Below are positions 48,089 through 58,368 of a DNA stretch of 64,000 nucleotides, in pieces (position 1 is the first letter of the stretch; every line of letters starts with the position of its first letter). A program made the position numbers and the translations under genes. Where the stretch lies: IMG/VR virus record IMGVR_UViG_3300031823_000003, positions 1-64,000 of that record, one strand, 5' to 3'. Source of the DNA: a virus. A model generated the notes under the pieces. That model ran no database searches and was not told where the DNA came from. It saw only the letters and a list, made by a program, of their open reading frames with translations.

Positions 48089-51000
48089 TTAATTGGCCTG
48101 CACCACGATTAGTCTGGGGAACGTCACCGTGGCTGACACAAATGCCGCTTGCGTAGCGGTATCCGTGGCGCGGCCTACCTGCACGATCATCAGCGCTCCG
48201 GCTACGCATCCCGTCATATCGGTGGAGTTCATCTGCACGTTCGAGTTGGACCAGAACTGGTTGGCTGTGGTATTCAGTGTAATCGTTGACAGGGAGTGCG
48301 AGGCATTGAACGTCACATCGTCGGTTGTGGTGCCGTCACCCTTGGCGCACGATACCTGGATCGCGGGGATAATCGTATGCCCGCTGGTTGTATCTGTGGA
48401 CGCGACCTGAAACCGGATAAACGGGTTGGACGCGGAGTCCCAGTCCTCGGGGATAACCACGGAGAACTGAGCGAAAGTAGAGGACGTGTCCGTGATCGCA
48501 ACGAATCCACTCTTGTTGTTGGTGCCCACCCGGCAGGTGACGGTCCCGCCTGATCCGATCGACCATCCCGCGCCTGCCGTAGTGTTATTGCAGTTGGCAG
48601 CGGGGATTGTTTTGACATCGGGAAAATCTATGTAAGCGTTCGCGCCAGCGGTCGCCGTAGACACGACTACCTTGTTCGCAGTGGTGGTGGTCGAGGCGAA
48701 TACATCCAGAGTGCCAGTAGACGCAGGCAGAGACGCCGTGACGGAGCCGAGCGCGCCAGTGACGGGTTGTAGTGTGACTGTCCCGCTGGTGGCGTTTCCG
48801 AATGCAATTGATCCGGCGGTGCCGCTTGCGCCGAGAGTAGGAGTGGAAGTCCATGATGTGGCTGTCGTGCTGGTAGTATTGGGGATTTGCCCGGTCGCCG
48901 CGCTGGTCGCGTTAGTGCCGCCGCCAGCGATAGGTATTGTAGGCAGATCGGCGGTCCCGATAGTCTGGTATCCGGGTGCCGCCGTGGAGCCTGTATTATT
49001 CCCCCACCACTTGTGCGCTCCGGCGTTCCCCAGAGCGAGGGTTACCGCACTGGTAGAGGCGCTATTTGTAATCAGCGTACCATCCCCGGAGACTGAAACA
49101 ACCGGGCCACCGCCTTGCGGCATAATGGCACCCAAGAGTTGCTTGTAGGAATTCGACGCACCTGTCGCAGACTGCTGCACGAAGAAATCAATAAACAGAG
49201 CATTGGTACAAGTTTGATTGGGGGAACTCACTGCTGTATTGGAATCGGTATATACGCTATCGGCTGCGGCCAGCGATGCGCCGTTCTCAATCGTCAGACC
49301 CGGTGCACCTTTGACGATCAGATTGCAACTTGCTCCGGTTCCAACCGTCGTCGCAATGATTTCATAGTTCCAAGATGCGTTCGTGATCGCTACCGTGTTC
49401 AGTGCGCTGGATTGAATTGCGGCGAGCGGGGTCACCGTACCAGAGCCGCATCCCGATACAGAACATAATTTCGCGGTAATGGTCACCTGCGGCGTACTCG
49501 CCGTGGTTGTGCTAAGAACTCCGGAACCGTGAATAGCAAAGGGCTGCCCCGCACTGTTCAGGTAACTGGCCGCAAGAGACAATTCCATCAGTTGCACATC
49601 GGTAGCCGCAGTAGGATTCGATTGAGTGACAGAGGTTGTATTTGTAACAGCGGCTAAGGCGGAAGTGCCTGCTCCGCCTGATCCACAGGCTGCTCCCGCG
49701 TCTATCGTGTTGCCGTTAGCGTCGAATTTTACGCAATCGTTGGTGGTGGTGGTACCTGTAGATAATTGCAGTTTAGAGCCATTGCCTTGTTCGGATGTGA
49801 CCCCTGAGATAGCGATAAGTCCGGCACCACTCACGGTTACTGGGGATGTTGCGGTCATTGCCCCGCCGCCGGAGCTGGTTACGCAGGTCGCGCAGGCAAT
49901 AACTCCCGCCGCTGAAATCGTCGCAGGAGATGTTGCGGTGAGCGCTCCTCCGTTGGTGGTAGTCGCGCAGGTAGAGCACGCGATAGTCCCGGTGCCAGTG
50001 ATTGTGCCGCCTGTGATCGGGGGGGTGGTGGCAATGCTGGTAACCGATCCAATACTAAAAAATGACCCGCCATTCTGCGAGGCTTGGATCGTGTTTGTAC
50101 CGGAGTTAGGCCAGAGGATGTCAATGCCAGCAGTCGGAGTAGGCGAGGTCGATCCCGCTGTCCAGCAGAGAGCGGTTACAGTGGAAGGGCAGGCAGCACC
50201 CAGTGATCCAGCGGAGCCGATTTGCACTGTGCTGCCAAAAGTTCCGGTGGTACCTACACTCAGGCTGGTACCGACGCTATCGCTACCGCCGTTTATGATA
50301 TTGCCCGTCTGATCCACGGTAAACACATCAACGTTGGTGTTGGCAGAGTTTGATTTCCCCTCAAACAGAAACCCGGTATTGCTCACGGTCGGAATGTACG
50401 CGAATACGACGCTGTCCGTGTTGGTGACTTGGGTGGCATTCAGTTCCCCAAATGGAGTCGCGGCAGTGCCCAATCCGGATGCGCCGGCGGAGGCGACGAG
50501 TAATGGAGTATTGACGGCGACAGACGCTAAATTGGAGAGCGCGGTGTTCGCCCCGCTGCTGGCTGGAGTGGCACAGGCCCACGCTGATCCGTTCCATGCG
50601 AGCACCTGATTGGTAGAGCAACTGGTCAACAGTCCAAGAGTGGTTGTACCTGTCAGACCGCCACCGGAGGTTGCGCCTATCACTGCCGCTGCACATGCGC
50701 CATCGCCGCGCAGGTACGTGCTTACTGAGCAGGTGCCGCTGAATAACGCGATTACGTCAGCACTGGCCGCAATGGATGGCACGCCCGAAGTGGTGGTGTT
50801 TTTGAGTATGCCCGTGCTCAGCCCGGAGAGCAGAGTGCCATTTATCCCTTTGACTGTAAGCACAGCGGAACTGCTCAATGTACCGTCACCGCTCACGGCC
50901 AGGCTTTTAATTGAAGTAGTGGATGCCCAGATCGCAATCTGTCCCGGTGTAATCGTTCCCGATGTTGATACGTTCGCGGTGCTGGTGCCACACGTGGGAC

Positions 51001-51163
51001 AGGAGATCACGCTGCCCGTCACTACAATCGGAGAGGTACCCGTGTAGGTTGTGCCACCGCCTGCACCGCCTCCGCCTCCGGATTGCTGTGCGGATACGTA
51101 CGCACTGCCGAACAGACCCAAGGAAAGCACGGCGACGGCGACAGCGGAGATGATTTTTTTCAT
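48089..51163 (-). CDS. Fibre-like protein (1024 aa) with signal peptide
   Basis: MKKIISAVAVAVLSLG...SAQ; repeats TSP.T.SG.G.IAC.TC; QVLAWNGSAW; ANTALSNL. Confidence 0.78.
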   Translation of the reverse strand: MKKIISAVAVAVLSLGLFGSAYVSAQQSGGGGGAGGGTTYTGTSPIVVTGSVISCPTCGTSTANVSTSGTITPGQIAIWASTTSIKSLAVSGDGTLSSSAVLTVKGINGTLLSGLSTGILKNTTTSGVPSIAASADVIALFSGTCSVSTYLRGDGACAAAVIGATSGGGLTGTTTLGLLTSCSTNQVLAWNGSAWACATPASSGANTALSNLASVAVNTPLLVASAGASGLGTAATPFGELNATQVTNTDSVVFAYIPTVSNTGFLFEGKSNSANTNVDVFTVDQTGNIINGGSDSVGTSLSVGTTGTFGSTVQIGSAGSLGAACPSTVTALCWTAGSTSPTPTAGIDILWPNSGTNTIQASQNGGSFFSIGSVTSIATTPPITGGTITGTGTIACSTCATTTNGGALTATSPATISAAGVIACATCVTSSGGGAMTATSPVTVSGAGLIAISGVTSEQGNGSKLQLSTGTTTTNDCVKFDANGNTIDAGAACGSGGAGTSALAAVTNTTSVTQSNPTAATDVQLMELSLAASYLNSAGQPFAIHGSGVLSTTTASTPQVTITAKLCSVSGCGSGTVTPLAAIQSSALNTVAITNASWNYEIIATTVGTGASCNLIVKGAPGLTIENGASLAAADSVYTDSNTAVSSPNQTCTNALFIDFFVQQSATGASNSYKQLLGAIMPQGGGPVVSVSGDGTLITNSASTSAVTLALGNAGAHKWWGNNTGSTAAPGYQTIGTADLPTIPIAGGGTNATSAATGQIPNTTSTTATSWTSTPTLGASGTAGSIAFGNATSGTVTLQPVTGALGSVTASLPASTGTLDVFASTTTTANKVVVSTATAGANAYIDFPDVKTIPAANCNNTTAGAGWSIGSGGTVTCRVGTNNKSGFVAITDTSSTFAQFSVVIPEDWDSASNPFIRFQVASTDTTSGHTIIPAIQVSCAKGDGTTTDDVTFNASHSLSTITLNTTANQFWSNSNVQMNSTDMTGCVAGALMIVQVGRATDTATQAAFVSATVTFPRLIVVQAN

Positions 51164-51174
51164 AAACTGATCGA

Positions 51175-51825
51175 CTAATCGACTACAACACTCACATTCC
51201 AGATATCCGTGCCAGTGCCAAATATAAATATCTCGCTGATATCGAACGGATTTCCCGGCGAGAACATCGCCGACGAATAATATGCTGGTTGCACTCCCGT
51301 TGCGGTATTAGCCAGCTTGAATATCCGGTAGGCAGTGGCGGTCATGCGATAGTCGCAGCCGATGTACAGGAATGTTCCGGTACCGCCGTCCTCGAAGGTA
51401 ACGAGGAAGTTATTGGCTAACTGCTTGGGGAACAGATATGCCCCGGTTCCGAGCGCGCCGACCGGATAGCCGCCGGCAGCACGAGTAACAGGATTAGGAC
51501 CACCTTGTGCCGACATATCAGTCTGTTTGCCAAGCGTGACCGTGTTGCCGCTGACTGACTTGATGAGCACGGTTTCGCCGCTGCCGGATACGTAGGGAGC
51601 AGCGGCCCCGGATGGCACTTGCAGCCATGCGGGTTCGCCGGGGATGAAAATGTTAGCGGCGTCATTTCCCGCTGTTGATGCCGTGCCGAGTGTAAGCACT
51701 ACCGGCGAACCAGCGGGAGCGGAGGCAAACGATCCTGTGGCGGCGGTTACCCACGATCCCAGCATGGGCTGCGGAGTGTTGGTAGTGGCCAGTTTGAATG
51801 TGCTGCCGATCTTGCGGTATGCCAT
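51175..51825 (-). CDS. Structural protein
   Basis: Beta-rich, G/A/T-rich; position in the module. Confidence 0.6.
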   Translation of the reverse strand: MAYRKIGSTFKLATTNTPQPMLGSWVTAATGSFASAPAGSPVVLTLGTASTAGNDAANIFIPGEPAWLQVPSGAAAPYVSGSGETVLIKSVSGNTVTLGKQTDMSAQGGPNPVTRAAGGYPVGALGTGAYLFPKQLANNFLVTFEDGGTGTFLYIGCDYRMTATAYRIFKLANTATGVQPAYYSSAMFSPGNPFDISEIFIFGTGTDIWNVSVVVD

Positions 51826-51833
51826 AGAAGTGG

Positions 51834-52196
51834 TTACCGGGCCTTTCGACGTTTGCGGGTGGACTTGGGCACGGATGGAGACGCGACTGCCATTCCGTAG
51901 TTCAGGTAGTCGGGCTTGGGATCAGGATGGGTGCGCTCCGATGTGACAGTACAGGTTTTCAGGCGGGTAATGTGCTTCTGCGCATTCTCTAATATCCCGC
52001 AGGACACTTCCCGATATTGGCCTGTGCGCCAGTCCCATTCCCGGTGTGATCGCAGGCTGGCTGGATCGGTGAATGTGTCCAGTGGGATCGCGTTGGTGCG
52101 GACAGGAGGGTAGTGCGCTCCGGCTGATGCTGGTTGATTGCGCTGCGGTACCATGTGAGCGTCGAAGTCGTCGAACCGGGATGGGACTTTAGCCAT
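51834..52196 (-). CDS. Hypothetical protein
   Basis: AGGAGAG RBS. Confidence 0.6.
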   Translation of the reverse strand: MAKVPSRFDDFDAHMVPQRNQPASAGAHYPPVRTNAIPLDTFTDPASLRSHREWDWRTGQYREVSCGILENAQKHITRLKTCTVTSERTHPDPKPDYLNYGMAVASPSVPKSTRKRRKAR

Positions 52197-52210
52197 AGCG
52201 CAATCTCTCC

Positions 52211-52657
52211 TTATGTCGCGTTCGGTCTGTCGATCAGCGTGTCACGCTTCGGGTCGGCGGCGATCCCGGTACTGACTCCCGATGGATTGACGTAGGCAGC
52301 GGGGTCGCGGTTCCACACACGGGCCTTGCCGTGAGTAATGTCACCCGCAAACTTTTCGTGCTGCGGCGGCTTGTTAGCTGTGCCGCCATCGTCATCGAAT
52401 ACCGCCAATGCGTACCCGTAACGCTTCTCAGAGGCGCGCAATTCAGCCAGCGAATGCACCACTGGTTTATGCCCGCGCTCATCCCGGATATGCTCTATTA
52501 CCATGCCGCCCTCGAATACATTGCGCGCGGCGACCAGCGCACGCCGGGATGCGGGATCGTGAGGCTTACAATATTCCGTAAAAGTACCGTCGCGTAGATA
52601 ACTCACTCCCCGTGGATGCACGTTGCGACCGGGCGGACACTTGCAGCACGTAATCAT
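52211..52657 (-). CDS. Hypothetical protein
   Basis: TAAAAT-N6-ATG; Cys/His N-terminus. Confidence 0.6.
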   Translation of the reverse strand: MITCCKCPPGRNVHPRGVSYLRDGTFTEYCKPHDPASRRALVAARNVFEGGMVIEHIRDERGHKPVVHSLAELRASEKRYGYALAVFDDDGGTANKPPQHEKFAGDITHGKARVWNRDPAAYVNPSGVSTGIAADPKRDTLIDRPNAT

Positions 52658-52679
52658 GTTAAGATTTTACTATGCGTGT

Positions 52680-53705
52680 CTACCAGTCGGCGGATTGAGC
52701 CGTCATGGCACGCAACGTGTCTCCTCCACCGTAGCTGCCGTCCGGACCGATCAGCGGCATCTGCATCTCCTGAGCCATAACTATATCGCTGCGCCATAAA
52801 TTTTCATCTTCCTGTGCGGCAGTACTGATGCGCGACTCGAACTCTTTCATCTTCTGCTGAGCCAAGGTGACCGCAGTTGCTTCCGAATAATTAGGATTAT
52901 CCTTCGGGCGATACATTAGCGCCTGCGATATTGCATATGAGATCAGCGCGTCTACCCGCGTGAATGGTGGAAAGTTATCAGTGTCATTGACCAGCACCGG
53001 GGGAGTTATGTACCCAGTCCACGGATATGCTGTCTGGACATTCGACGCTGGCCACATCTCAAATTGATAATTCCCACTTGGGTCCGGTGGCATCGTGGCA
53101 ACCAGTCGCGGGAACATGACGATCAGCCGCGATGGGTCATAGTTGTCGATGAACGCCTGCGAATAATTGGTGGCGAGGCGATAATAGAGTTGCAGATTGC
53201 GTACCGAGAAGAAAAATTTCAGGTTGGGGATACTGAAATACATCGAGGTCAGATAGTATCCCGTCGATGTAACCGTCGGGTTCCCCCACGGTAAATCCAG
53301 AGTGAGCACCTGATGCGCCTGGTCGAGCGCAATCACATTGTAGATCGGGGCATAGTATCCGACGCGGAGAGACTGTTGTGTGATCGGTAGTCCGCTCAGA
53401 CTCGGAGTCCAGCCTGTGCCCGTGCCTTGGACGCTGGTACTGCCGTATGTGAGGGTGATCGATCCGGTTGAGTAGAACCCGGAAGTGAGGATTTGCCCGC
53501 GTGTGAGCTGTGAATACCAGAGGCGGCGACCAACGACTTCGCGGAGAGCGTCGTTCAGCCACGACTGCACCATTGCCACGCTGGCGGATGGATTCCACGA
53601 GAGAACTTGGCCGATTGCCTGACCGTAGTTGTACTGCTGAACATAGGGCGCAACGCCGTTAGGAGTGATCTGGCCGGGAATCTGCGGGGGCGGTGTTATC
53701 GGCAT
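52680..53705 (-). CDS. Head-tail adaptor-like protein
   Basis: SWLNDALREV...WP......Y...P...D.D..P...DALISYA pattern. Confidence 0.6.
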   Translation of the reverse strand: MPITPPPQIPGQITPNGVAPYVQQYNYGQAIGQVLSWNPSASVAMVQSWLNDALREVVGRRLWYSQLTRGQILTSGFYSTGSITLTYGSTSVQGTGTGWTPSLSGLPITQQSLRVGYYAPIYNVIALDQAHQVLTLDLPWGNPTVTSTGYYLTSMYFSIPNLKFFFSVRNLQLYYRLATNYSQAFIDNYDPSRLIVMFPRLVATMPPDPSGNYQFEMWPASNVQTAYPWTGYITPPVLVNDTDNFPPFTRVDALISYAISQALMYRPKDNPNYSEATAVTLAQQKMKEFESRISTAAQEDENLWRSDIVMAQEMQMPLIGPDGSYGGGDTLRAMTAQSADW

Positions 53706-53746
53706 ATCGGCAACTCGGTGTCACCCAATTGTATCCCCAGAGCACA

Positions 53747-53774
53747 AAGGCCAAACCGATTAAAGTTTGGCCTT
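53747..53774 (-). terminator. Hairpin AAGGCCAAAC-N8-GTTTGGCCTT after the capsid/decoration genes
   Basis: Perfect 10-bp inverted repeat in an intergenic gap. Confidence 0.6.
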
Positions 53775-53824
53775 CATAGCGGCAGCCAGCGGAGGAAAAT
53801 CCACTGTGCACCGATCGCCGGGGA

Positions 53825-54226
53825 TTATTGTCCGCGCACAGTCAGCAACCAGATCGCGCCCGCAAAGTTAAATCCAGCGGCGGCTTCGGTGAGTGGTGCA
53901 ATACCCGCAGCAGCCGGGGAATTGAATACCTGAAATTTCAACTGTGAGTACCCCTCGAATCCTGCTCCGGTTGATACCGCGCCCATCTGGGCGAGTGCCA
54001 GTGTCACTTGGGGAACGTAGCCAGCGGCAGTAGAATTCTGTCCGCTTATCCACGCGCACATGATGCCGTTGGTGGAGAGGGAGCGCAGCGCGAGGGCACT
54101 GATGACGTATCCGCCTGTGACGTAGTCGCTGGTGCCGGGGACGATGAGAAAGGTATCTTCCCAGAGGCCGGGACCGAGAACAAGACGGGAACCTTGGACC
54201 GCTGGAATCGGATTAGGCAATGCCAT
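53825..54226 (-). CDS. Head decoration-like protein
   Basis: GTSDYVTGG motif; GAGGA RBS; position after the capsid gene. Confidence 0.55.
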   Translation of the reverse strand: MALPNPIPAVQGSRLVLGPGLWEDTFLIVPGTSDYVTGGYVISALALRSLSTNGIMCAWISGQNSTAAGYVPQVTLALAQMGAVSTGAGFEGYSQLKFQVFNSPAAAGIAPLTEAAAGFNFAGAIWLLTVRGQ

Positions 54227-54239
54227 TTAAGTGTCCTCG

Positions 54240-54668
54240 CTAATTTCCGATGATCGTCAGAAACATACTGTACGGGTTATTATGAGTTCCGCCGAAGTAT
54301 GTCGTATCCAAAGTCACCGCATTACTAGCCGTAACGTGAATCGTAGCAGGAGCCAGGCCGTTACCCGAACCACAACTAGCGGCACCCCCAGACTTGGAAT
54401 TAGCCCCGGTATCGTCTGTCCAGTTAAGTTGATAGCTTACCGTCGTTCCGCCAGAACACGGGGTGTTTAATATTTCGGTGTAGATGAAAATTGTGTAATC
54501 TCCATCCACAGAAGGAGTAAACAGCGTATCCCCAGTGACAGATGACGTTGAACTGACTAGGGAAAATTTGGAGTAGCTGAACTGAGTGGTAGCAGCGGCA
54601 TGTAATCCCAGATAACTTAATCCGAGAAGCGCAATCACCAACAGACCAGCAAAGTACCTATTATTCAT
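54240..54668 (-). CDS. Secreted beta-sandwich protein
   Basis: Signal peptide ...GLHAAA; TAGAAT-N6-ATG. Confidence 0.7.
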   Translation of the reverse strand: MNNRYFAGLLVIALLGLSYLGLHAAATTQFSYSKFSLVSSTSSVTGDTLFTPSVDGDYTIFIYTEILNTPCSGGTTVSYQLNWTDDTGANSKSGGAASCGSGNGLAPATIHVTASNAVTLDTTYFGGTHNNPYSMFLTIIGN

Positions 54669-54704
54669 AAAAATATTCTATCTCTCACCGCCCAAAGTGG
54701 ATCA

Positions 54705-55343
54705 TCAGAACGGCGACACATACGCCATCACATCGCATAGACCGCCCGACACTGCCGACATTGCCCAACCCAAAACCTTGTTGGTCGGGGCTGTACCGGA
54801 AGCGATATGGTTGACAGCAAAGTTCGTTGCAAGCCCAATGATGGCATCGCCAGCCGCAGTACCAGCCGCCGCCACGCATCCGGGGATGAATCCGAGTAGT
54901 CCGATGAACACATAGCTGCCGTTGCCGCCGCCGTTAAGTACGGTGTTGGTAAACCCGGCTCCAGCACCAGTCGCACCCGTTGATGTATTCGGCAGCAGCC
55001 AGCCAGCGACCATATTGACACCACCGACAGACTCAGTGGATACACCGGAGACCACGGTCAGTGTTTCATCCGTGTAATAGACTGGAGCGGGTCCGCCGAC
55101 GGTCGCGGGGTTTCCGGTGGACAAGTATTTTACGTATTTCACCCACAGGAATGAGCCGTATCCAGCCGCCGACGGCAACCCAATTGATCCCTGCGACGGA
55201 GAAGGCATGCAGTACAGTGATCCCAGAGGGTTCTGCGCGCCGTTGTTCAGCAGACCGGAGTTGAACGGATCACAGGTTGCATACAGACCGTTGCCGATCT
55301 TCAAATTGGAACTGATTACCGGATATTCGTTTGTCAGAGCCAT
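54705..55343 (-). CDS. Capsid cement/decoration protein
   Basis: G/A-rich; KYVKY; GGAGAA RBS; position after the capsid gene. Confidence 0.6.
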   Translation of the reverse strand: MALTNEYPVISSNLKIGNGLYATCDPFNSGLLNNGAQNPLGSLYCMPSPSQGSIGLPSAAGYGSFLWVKYVKYLSTGNPATVGGPAPVYYTDETLTVVSGVSTESVGGVNMVAGWLLPNTSTGATGAGAGFTNTVLNGGGNGSYVFIGLLGFIPGCVAAAGTAAGDAIIGLATNFAVNHIASGTAPTNKVLGWAMSAVSGGLCDVMAYVSPF

Positions 55344-55384
55344 TGTCTGTTCTCCGTTGCTACGAAATCGAAATCGCTAAAATC

Positions 55385-56089
55385 CTACGCGGCGATTGGT
55401 CCCGCCAATGTTGCTACAAAATCTTCGTTGCGCTCGTAAATCTTAGGAAGGCTGGGCTGTGCTGCCTCTTTGTCCGCCTCGGGGTTTACAACTAAGTCCC
55501 ACCTGTCTTCATAGGACCTAATCAAGCTGAGTTTGCAATTGCGCTCACGAAAGCCCTTACCGCGCTTCCATATCGTCGTCTCGCAGCAACCCAACTCTTT
55601 TGCTATTTCCGTCTTAAGCATGCCCTTGCCCAACATTTCGTTTATCTTTAGCAAGGTCGGAGCGCTGTCACACTCGCGCATGACAATGGACATATCCCCA
55701 TATGCATCGATCAGTGTAGCTGGCAGTATCCAGAAGCGTCTCTGATCCAGCCCCACAAAGATTACAAAGTCGCACTCGTTGGCGAATGTCCTACGCTTCT
55801 GTATACGCCTGTAACCGATGCCGTATACATTTTGAGCACACGAGAACACATATGATCTGCTTCTCCCCTTATTCGGTGCTGATAAGTGGGCAGACTTAAC
55901 TTGAAGGCGTAGCCCATTCAACAGCATTAAATCCACACCATGATCATCAACGACTGGTCTGTACGGATTGATCCCTTGGCGAAGCAACTCCTCCATGACT
56001 AAGAGAACTCCTCGCTCTCCCGTCTTAATTACTGATCTAACGGTTTGTACTTTCCCTCTATATCTCATAAATGGTTGAAAATTAACCAC
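55385..56089 (-). CDS. PD-(D/E)XK free-standing homing endonuclease with HTH
   Basis: GE.G...V..ELL.QG...Y.PV.DD.GVDL.....RLQVKS; C-terminal EIAKELG HTH. Confidence 0.8.
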   Translation of the reverse strand: MVNFQPFMRYRGKVQTVRSVIKTGERGVLLVMEELLRQGINPYRPVVDDHGVDLMLLNGLRLQVKSAHLSAPNKGRSRSYVFSCAQNVYGIGYRRIQKRRTFANECDFVIFVGLDQRRFWILPATLIDAYGDMSIVMRECDSAPTLLKINEMLGKGMLKTEIAKELGCCETTIWKRGKGFRERNCKLSLIRSYEDRWDLVVNPEADKEAAQPSLPKIYERNEDFVATLAGPIAA

Positions 56090-56094
56090 TTAAG

Positions 56095-57069
56095 TCACTG
56101 AACGTTTTGGAGCACGAATCCCAGCCTGGGAGCGGTTACCACGACGTTCCCGCCGAACACTGTCTGTGCCGCCATATCCAGCGAGTTCGGGAGCTCTTTC
56201 CAGCCTGTAAACCCGAAGTTGAACGCCGGGTCCTCGGATACATAACTGTCAATGAAGTCGGTGTTCATCCCGAAGATCGTATTCGCCGGGCAGTACTGAT
56301 CGACTACTACTGACATTCCGTTGAATTTGAAACTGCGGAATCCTGCGGACTGGAGATCGGGGTCAACTTCATACGTCCGCTGCATGGGCAGCATTTTCGC
56401 CCAGAACGAGTTGTATATCGACTGGGTAGTGGCGATGAAATTGGGTTGATCAGGGCCGAACGTTGCTTGGCCATATGCCACTTGGAGCTGCTGTAGTGAG
56501 AACGGCCAGTTGACGCCGCCATTGTTGAAAAAGTATCCGTTGATGCCCGCAGATGCGCCTGTCCCGACCGATGACCGTGTGATCGAGCCATACGTCGGAT
56601 AATTGGTGCCATCGTCGTAGCCCGCGAGGATGCCGTCGAGCGCGATCAGGGGAGTGACGGTGCCTTGGCCGTCGGCGAAAAATTGTGTGATGAGGGTCTG
56701 CGCCAGCGCCTGCTCGGCGTTGACCACTTTCGGTTCCAGAAAGTTCATCACCGCTGGCCAGCCGCGATTGATAGCGAGATCGGTGCGGCGCACGGTGACG
56801 TTGGCATACGAGAACTTGGGATTGAACAGCATGGCAGTCTGCGTCTGCACGTAGGAGATGTCGAATACGCCGCCGGGAGCAAAGGGTCCGGCCTTCAGAG
56901 GGGCGTACTGGAAGGGGACCTGGATTTGCAGGCCGCCCGGATAAGGTTTGGCCATCGTGCCGCCCTTCCATACCTTGACGAATGTAGGCGACACTTTGAA
57001 ATAACTGTCTAAAAATTCGCTTGAAATGTAGTTGGTCGTGACCGCCTGAAGGTCATTGAAGTTTGCCAT
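56095..57069 (-). CDS. Major capsid protein (HK97-fold)
   Basis: 324 aa; GG..I..P..Y; P....TTQ..Y; AGF...KFNG..VV.D..CP; AGGAGA RBS; follows the scaffold gene. Confidence 0.85.
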   Translation of the reverse strand: MANFNDLQAVTTNYISSEFLDSYFKVSPTFVKVWKGGTMAKPYPGGLQIQVPFQYAPLKAGPFAPGGVFDISYVQTQTAMLFNPKFSYANVTVRRTDLAINRGWPAVMNFLEPKVVNAEQALAQTLITQFFADGQGTVTPLIALDGILAGYDDGTNYPTYGSITRSSVGTGASAGINGYFFNNGGVNWPFSLQQLQVAYGQATFGPDQPNFIATTQSIYNSFWAKMLPMQRTYEVDPDLQSAGFRSFKFNGMSVVVDQYCPANTIFGMNTDFIDSYVSEDPAFNFGFTGWKELPNSLDMAAQTVFGGNVVVTAPRLGFVLQNVQ

Positions 57070-57123
57070 TGACTATCTCCTGTGCTGCGACAGAAATCTT
57101 TTGTCGATCTGCCTGAATCTATG

Positions 57124-57921
57124 TTATTGAACCGTCTGCCGGCTGCGTTCCAGTGCTTCCATCTCCCTCGCCACGCGCATCGCGTTGGACTCGCCGTTGT
57201 CTCCGGCAGCGGTCGCCCGCGCTTTAGCGATTACCTGCTGCGCCGGACTGAGCGATGTGGTTTGGGTCTGCCCCGGTACTGTTCCCGCTGACCGTGCCTG
57301 CTTGAGCGCCTCGGCGACGGCGGCATCGATACGCGCCTTCTCGGCGGCGGCCTGAGCAGTGACACGTTTATCTTTGACGAACACATCGTGCGCTGCGGAC
57401 ATCGACGGGAATTTAACTCCCGCTGTGTTGCTGTCGGCGACGAACTTCTCGAATGCATTACGGTCCAGTGGTTCGTTGAACTCGGCGCGATGGGACTCGC
57501 GGACGGATGCGTAGTCGTCGGCAGACTTGATCGCAAGGGTGAGGAGTTCGGCGCGGTATTCGGGAAGTTTGTCCGTCGTGACAACGTTCTTCAGCTTGGT
57601 TTCGATATCGGTCTTGATACCTTCGAGCTTGGCGAGCACCGCTGCCATACCGTCAGCATTGGACGGAACAGGAGGAGTAACGATAGGAGCGGCGGCTGCT
57701 GCTGCGCTGGGAAGCGCCGGAGTATGCGGCACAGACGCAGGAGGCGTTGTAGTTTCCAGTTCGCCGCCAAAATTGGCCCACACGTCGATCAGTTCCGCGC
57801 CCTTGAGATCGCGCGCGATCAGCTCCGGCTTCGATGCGAACGCGGCCTTCACCTTGGCCTGCGTATCGGGATCAAGCAGTGCCAGTAGGTCTTCGCTAAG
57901 AGTCTTTGCCATACTCATCAT
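57124..57921 (-). CDS. Capsid scaffolding protein
   Basis: Helical, Ala-rich; immediately upstream of the capsid gene; GGAGGA RBS. Confidence 0.6.
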   Translation of the reverse strand: MMSMAKTLSEDLLALLDPDTQAKVKAAFASKPELIARDLKGAELIDVWANFGGELETTTPPASVPHTPALPSAAAAAAPIVTPPVPSNADGMAAVLAKLEGIKTDIETKLKNVVTTDKLPEYRAELLTLAIKSADDYASVRESHRAEFNEPLDRNAFEKFVADSNTAGVKFPSMSAAHDVFVKDKRVTAQAAAEKARIDAAVAEALKQARSAGTVPGQTQTTSLSPAQQVIAKARATAAGDNGESNAMRVAREMEALERSRQTVQ

Positions 57922-57954
57922 CCTCCGTCAATTCGACCGTCAATCGCTTAATCG

Positions 57955-58362
57955 TTACGCCGGGACTGCCTGTCCCGATGCTGCACCGCCGCCTGCACCC
58001 GCTCCACCGCCCGGAGGTGCGCCCGCACCCGGTCCTGCTTCGGGAGTCGGCCCTCCGCCTGCATCCGCACTGGGCGCTGGCTTGCCGTCGCCACCCGCCT
58101 GCCCCGACTGAATCTCTTTGGTAATTGTTGCCAGTTGCTGGATTTTTTCCTTGCGCTTGGGGTCTTTAGTCAGCTTCTCCCACTTGTCATAGACTTCGAG
58201 GAGAGTAGCGATGATCTTGGTTTCTTCGCCAGTGGTATCACCACCTGCACCCGCTCCACCCGGAGCGCCTGCTGACGCACCTTTGCCTCCACCCTGCATG
58301 GCCATATCCGCCGCCACCGAGTAGAAGCTGGGAGCCTTCGAGGATTTAGAGTCAGCCGCCAT
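57955..58362 (-). CDS. Hypothetical G/A/P-rich protein
   Basis: Packed ORF. Confidence 0.55.
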   Translation of the reverse strand: MAADSKSSKAPSFYSVAADMAMQGGGKGASAGAPGGAGAGGDTTGEETKIIATLLEVYDKWEKLTKDPKRKEKIQQLATITKEIQSGQAGGDGKPAPSADAGGGPTPEAGPGAGAPPGGGAGAGGGAASGQAVPA

Positions 58363-58368
58363 TGACGA

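Noticed and set aside
15418-51153. Many long + strand ORFs opposite the fibre genes
   Set aside because: Antisense frames of GC-rich, Thr/Gly-rich genes; no RBS or motifs.
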